DNA from: Balanoglossus misakiensis
Lineage: Eukaryota > Animalia > Hemichordata
NCBI GenBank assembly: GCA_040954595.2
Contig: CM082593.2
Span: 6,915,943 to 6,979,942 of the forward strand
Reading direction: 5' to 3'
DNA: 64,000 nt
The translations under genes and the position numbers were made by a program. Below are positions 59,801 to 64,000 of this stretch, piece after piece; the stretch's first letter is position 1; each line of letters opens with the position of its first letter. The notes under the pieces were generated by a model. The model saw only the letters and a list, made by a program, of their open reading frames with translations. It was not told the origin of the DNA and did no database searches.

Positions 59801-62800
59801 TTTTTCGACTTTGCGAGATATCAAATTTCTTCATTTTTTTGAAAAAATCATGGGTTATAGCCCATGAAAATCATCAAAAATTTACGATTTTTCCACTTTG
59901 CGAGATATCAAAATTTTTTCATTTTTTTGAAAAAAATCATGGGTTATAGCCCATGAAAATCATCCAAAAATGACGATTTTTCGACTTTGCGAGATATCAA
60001 AATTTCTTCATTTTTTTGAAAAAATCATGGGTTATAGCCCATGAAAATCATCCAAAAATGACGATTTTTCCACTTTGCGAGATATCAAAATTTCTTCATT
60101 TTTTTGAAAAAATCATGGGTTATAGCCCATGAAAATCATCCAAAAATGACGATTTTTCCACTTTGCGAGATATCAAAATTTCTTCATTTTTTTGAAAAAA
60201 TCATGGGTTATAGCCCATGAAAATCATCCAAAAATGACGATTTTTCCACTTTGCGAGATATCAAAATTTCTTCATTTTTTTGAAAAAATCATGGGTTATA
60301 GCCCATGAAAATCATCCAAAAATGACGATTTTTCCACTTTGCGAGATATCAAAATTTCTTCATTTTTTTGAAAAAATCATGGGTTATAGCCCATGAAAAT
60401 CATCCAAAATTGACGATTTTTCGACTTTGCGAGATATCAAAATTTCTTCATTTTTTTGAAAAAATCATGGGTTATAGCCATGAAAATCATCCAAAATTGA
60501 CGATTTTTCCAATTTGCGAGATATCAAAATTTCTTCATTTTTTCGAAAAAATCATGGGTTACAGCCCATGAAAATCATCAAAAATTGACGATTTTTCCAA
60601 TTTGCGAGATATCAAAATTTCTTCATTTTTTTGAAAAAATCATGGGTTATAGCCCATGAAAATCATCCAAAATTGACGATTTTTCGACTTTGCGAGATAT
60701 CAAAATTTCTTCATTGTTTTGAAAAAATCATGGGTTATAGCCCATGAAAATCATCCAAAAATGACCATTTTTCGACTTTGCGAGATATCAAAATTTCTTC
60801 ATTTTTTGAAAAAAATCGTGGGTTATAGCCCATGAAAATCATCCAAAAATGACCATTTTTCGACTTTGCGAGATATCAAAATTTCTTCATTTTTTTGAAA
60901 AAATCATGGGTTATAGCCCATGAAAATCATCCAAAAATGACGATTTTTCCACTTTGCGAGATATCAAAATTTCTTCATTTTTTTGAAAAAATCATGGGTT
61001 ATAGCCCATGAAAATCATCCAAAAATGACGATTTTTCCAATTTGCGAAGATATCAAAATTTCTTCTTTTTTTGAAAAAATCATGGGTTATAGCCCATGAA
61101 AATCATCCAAAATTGACGATTTTTCCAATTTGCGAGATATCAAAATTTCTTCATTTTTTTGAAAAAATCATGGTTATAGCCCATGAAAATCATCCAAAAT
61201 TGACGATTTTTCCAATTTGCGAGATATCAAAATTTCTTCATTTTTTTGAAAAAATCATGGGTTATAGCCCATGAAAATCATCCAAAAATGACGATTTTTC
61301 GACTTTGCGAGATATCAAAATTTCTTCATTGTTTTGAAAAAATCATGGGTTATAGCCCATGAAAATCATCCAAAAATGACGATTTTTCGACTTTGCGAGA
61401 TATCAAAATTTCTTCATTTTTTTGAAAAAATCATGGGTTATAGCCCATGAAAATCATCCAAAAATGACCATTTTTCGACTTTGCGAGATATCAAAATTTC
61501 TTCATTTTTTTGAAAAAATCATGGGTTATAGCCCATGAAAATCATCCAAAAATGACCATTTTTCGACTTTGCGAGATATCAAAATTTCTTCATTTTTTTG
61601 AAAAAATCATGGGTTATAGCCCATGAAAATCATCCAAAATTGACGATTTTTCAACTTTGCGAGATATCAAAATTTCTTCATTTTTTTTGAAAAAATCATG
61701 GGTTATAGCCCATGAAAATCATCCAAAAATGACAATTTTTCCACTTTGCGAGATATCAAAATTTCTTCATTTTTTTGAAAAAATCATGGGTTATAGCCCA
61801 TGAAAATCATCCAAAATTGACGATTTTTCCACTTTGCGAGATATCAAAATTTCTTCATTTTTTTGAAAAAATCATGGGTTATAGCCCATGAAAATCATCA
61901 AAAATTGACGATTTTTCCACTTTGCGAGATATCAAAATTTCTTCATTTTTTTGAAAAAATCATGGGTTATAGCCCATGAAAATCATCCAAAAATGACGAT
62001 TTTTCGACTTTGCGAGATATCAAAATTTCTTCATTGTTTTGAAAAAATCATGGTTTATAGCCCATGAAAATCATCCAAAAATGACGATTTTTCCACTTTG
62101 CGAGATATCAAAATTTCTTCATTTTTTTTGAAAAAATCATGGGTTATAGCCCATGAAAATCATCCAAAAATGACGATTTTTCCACTTTGCGAGATATCAA
62201 AATTTCTTCATTTTTTTGAAAAAATCATGGGTTATAGCCCATGAAAATCATCAAAAATTGACGATTTTTCGACTTTGCGAGATATCAAAATTTCTTCATT
62301 TTTTTGAAAGAATCATGGGTTATAGCCCATGAAAATCATCAAAAATTGACGATTTTTCCAATTTGCGAGATATCAAAATTTCTTCATTTTTTTGAAAAAA
62401 TCATGGGTTATAGCCCATGAAAATCATCCAAAATTGACGATTTTTCGACTTTGCGAGATATCAAAATTTCTTCATTGTTTTGAAAATATCATGGGTTATA
62501 GCCCATGAAAATCATCCAAAATTGACGATTTTTCGACTTTGCGAGATATCAAAATTTCTTCATTGTTTTGAAAAAATCATGGGTTATAGCCCATGAAAAT
62601 CATCCAAAAATGACCATTTTTCGACTTTGCGAGATATCAAAATTTCTTCATTTTTTGAAAAAATCATGGGTTATAGCCATGAAAATCATCCAAAAATGAC
62701 CATTTTTCGACTTTGCGAGATATCAAAATTTTTTCATTTTTTTGAAAAATCATGGGTTATAGCCCATGAAAATCATCCAAAAATGACGATTTTTCGACTT

Positions 62801-64000
62801 TGCGAGATATCAAAATTTCTTCATTTTTTTGAAAAAATCATGGGTTATAGCCCATGAAAATCATCCAAAAATGACGATTTTTCCACTTTGCGAGATATCA
62901 AAATTTCTTCATTTTTTTGAAAAAATCATGGGTTATAGCCCATGAAAATCATCCAAAAATGACGATTTTTCCACTTTGCGAGATATCAAAATTTCTTCAT
63001 TTTTTTGAAAAAAATCATGGGTTATAGCCCATGAAAATCATCCAAAAATGACGATTTTTCCCACTTTGCGAGATATCAAAATTTCTTCATTTTTTTGAAA
63101 AAATCATGGGTTATAGCCCATGAAAATCATCCAAAAATGACGATTTTTCCACTTTGCGAGATATCAAAATTTCTTCATTTTTTTGAAAAAATCATGGGTT
63201 ATAGCCCATGAAAATCATCCAAAATTGTCGATTTTTCCACTTTGCGAGATATCAAAATTTCTTCATTTTTTTGAAAAAATACTGGGTTATAGCCCATGAA
63301 AATAATCCAAAAATGACGATTTTTCCACTTTGCGAGATATCAAAATTTCTTCATTTTTTTGAAAAAATACTGGGTACAGCCCATGAAAATCATCCAAAAA
63401 TGACGATTTTAACACTTTGCGAGATATCAAAATTTCTTTATTTTTTTGAAAAAATCATGGGTTATAGCCCATGAAAATCATCCAAAAATGACGATTTTTC
63501 CACTTTGCGAGATATCAAAATTTCTTCATTTTTTTGAAAAAATCATGGGTTATAGCCCATGAAAATCATCCAAAAATGACGATTTTTCCACTTTGCGAGA
63601 TATCAAAATTTCTTCATTTTTTTGAAAAAATCATGGGTTATAGCCCATGAAAATCATCCAAAAATGACGATTTTTCCACTTTGCGAGATATCAAAATTTC
63701 TTCATTTTTTTGAAAAAATCATGGGTTATAGCCCATGAAAATCATCCAAAAATGACGATTTTTCCACTTTGCGAGATATCAAAATTTCTTCATTTTTTTG
63801 AAAAAATCATGGGTTATAGCCCATGAAAATCATCCAAAAATGACGATTTTTCCACTTTGCGAGATATCAAAATTTCTTCATTTTTTTGAAAAAATCATGG
63901 GTTATAGCCCATGAAAATCATCCAAAAATGACCATTTTTCGACTTTGCGAGATATCAAAATTTCTTCATTTTTTGAAAAAATCATGGGTTATAGCCCATG
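38848..64000. repeat. Satellite DNA array, 88-bp monomer, about 285 copies, running off the window end
   Basis: Consensus CATGAAAATCATCCAAAAATGACGATTTTTCGACTTTGCGAGATATCAAAATTTCTTCATTTTTTTGAAAAAATCATGGGTTATAGCC, repeated head-to-tail with only a few variant positions. Degenerate monomers precede it from about 38690. Confidence 0.98.

Noticed and set aside
39644-63474. Dozens of ORFs with repeating KKSWVIAHENHPKMTIFRLCEISKF
   Set aside because: These are translations of the 88-bp satellite, opened by 1-bp homopolymer indels. The monomer length is not a multiple of 3 and there is no coding signal.
38848-64000. CRISPR-like array (palindromic repeat at regular spacing)
   Set aside because: There are no unique spacers, since the whole unit repeats; there are no cas genes and the context is eukaryotic.

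Overview
Eukaryotic (animal) genomic DNA with GT-AG spliceosomal introns; the species cannot be fixed from the sequence. Bases 1-38.6 kb hold five protein-coding genes, whose exons I assembled by hand: a 10-exon SLC9B/NHA Na+/H+ antiporter (+), a PH-domain gene with an essentially single coding exon (-), a 3-exon CDGSH/NEET protein (CISD1/2 family, -), a canonical 6-exon UBE2D E2 enzyme (+) and a divergent, inverted UBE2D paralog (-). The order and orientation SLC9B> <CISD UBE2D> match the human 4q24 block. From about 38.7 kb to the window end lies a roughly 25 kb array of an 88-bp satellite with 12-, 13- and 21-monomer higher-order duplications. The most unusual observation is a second, 78-nt copy of UBE2D exon 4. 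It has intact splice sites and one in-frame TAG, lies 70 nt upstream of the functional exon and is preceded by mutually complementary RNA boxes, so it is a candidate poison or mutually exclusive exon switch. Several small TIR elements (TA, TTAA and 9-bp TSDs) and a 1-kb tandem duplication are also present. Almost all short ORFs in the supplied track are splice fragments or repeat artefacts.
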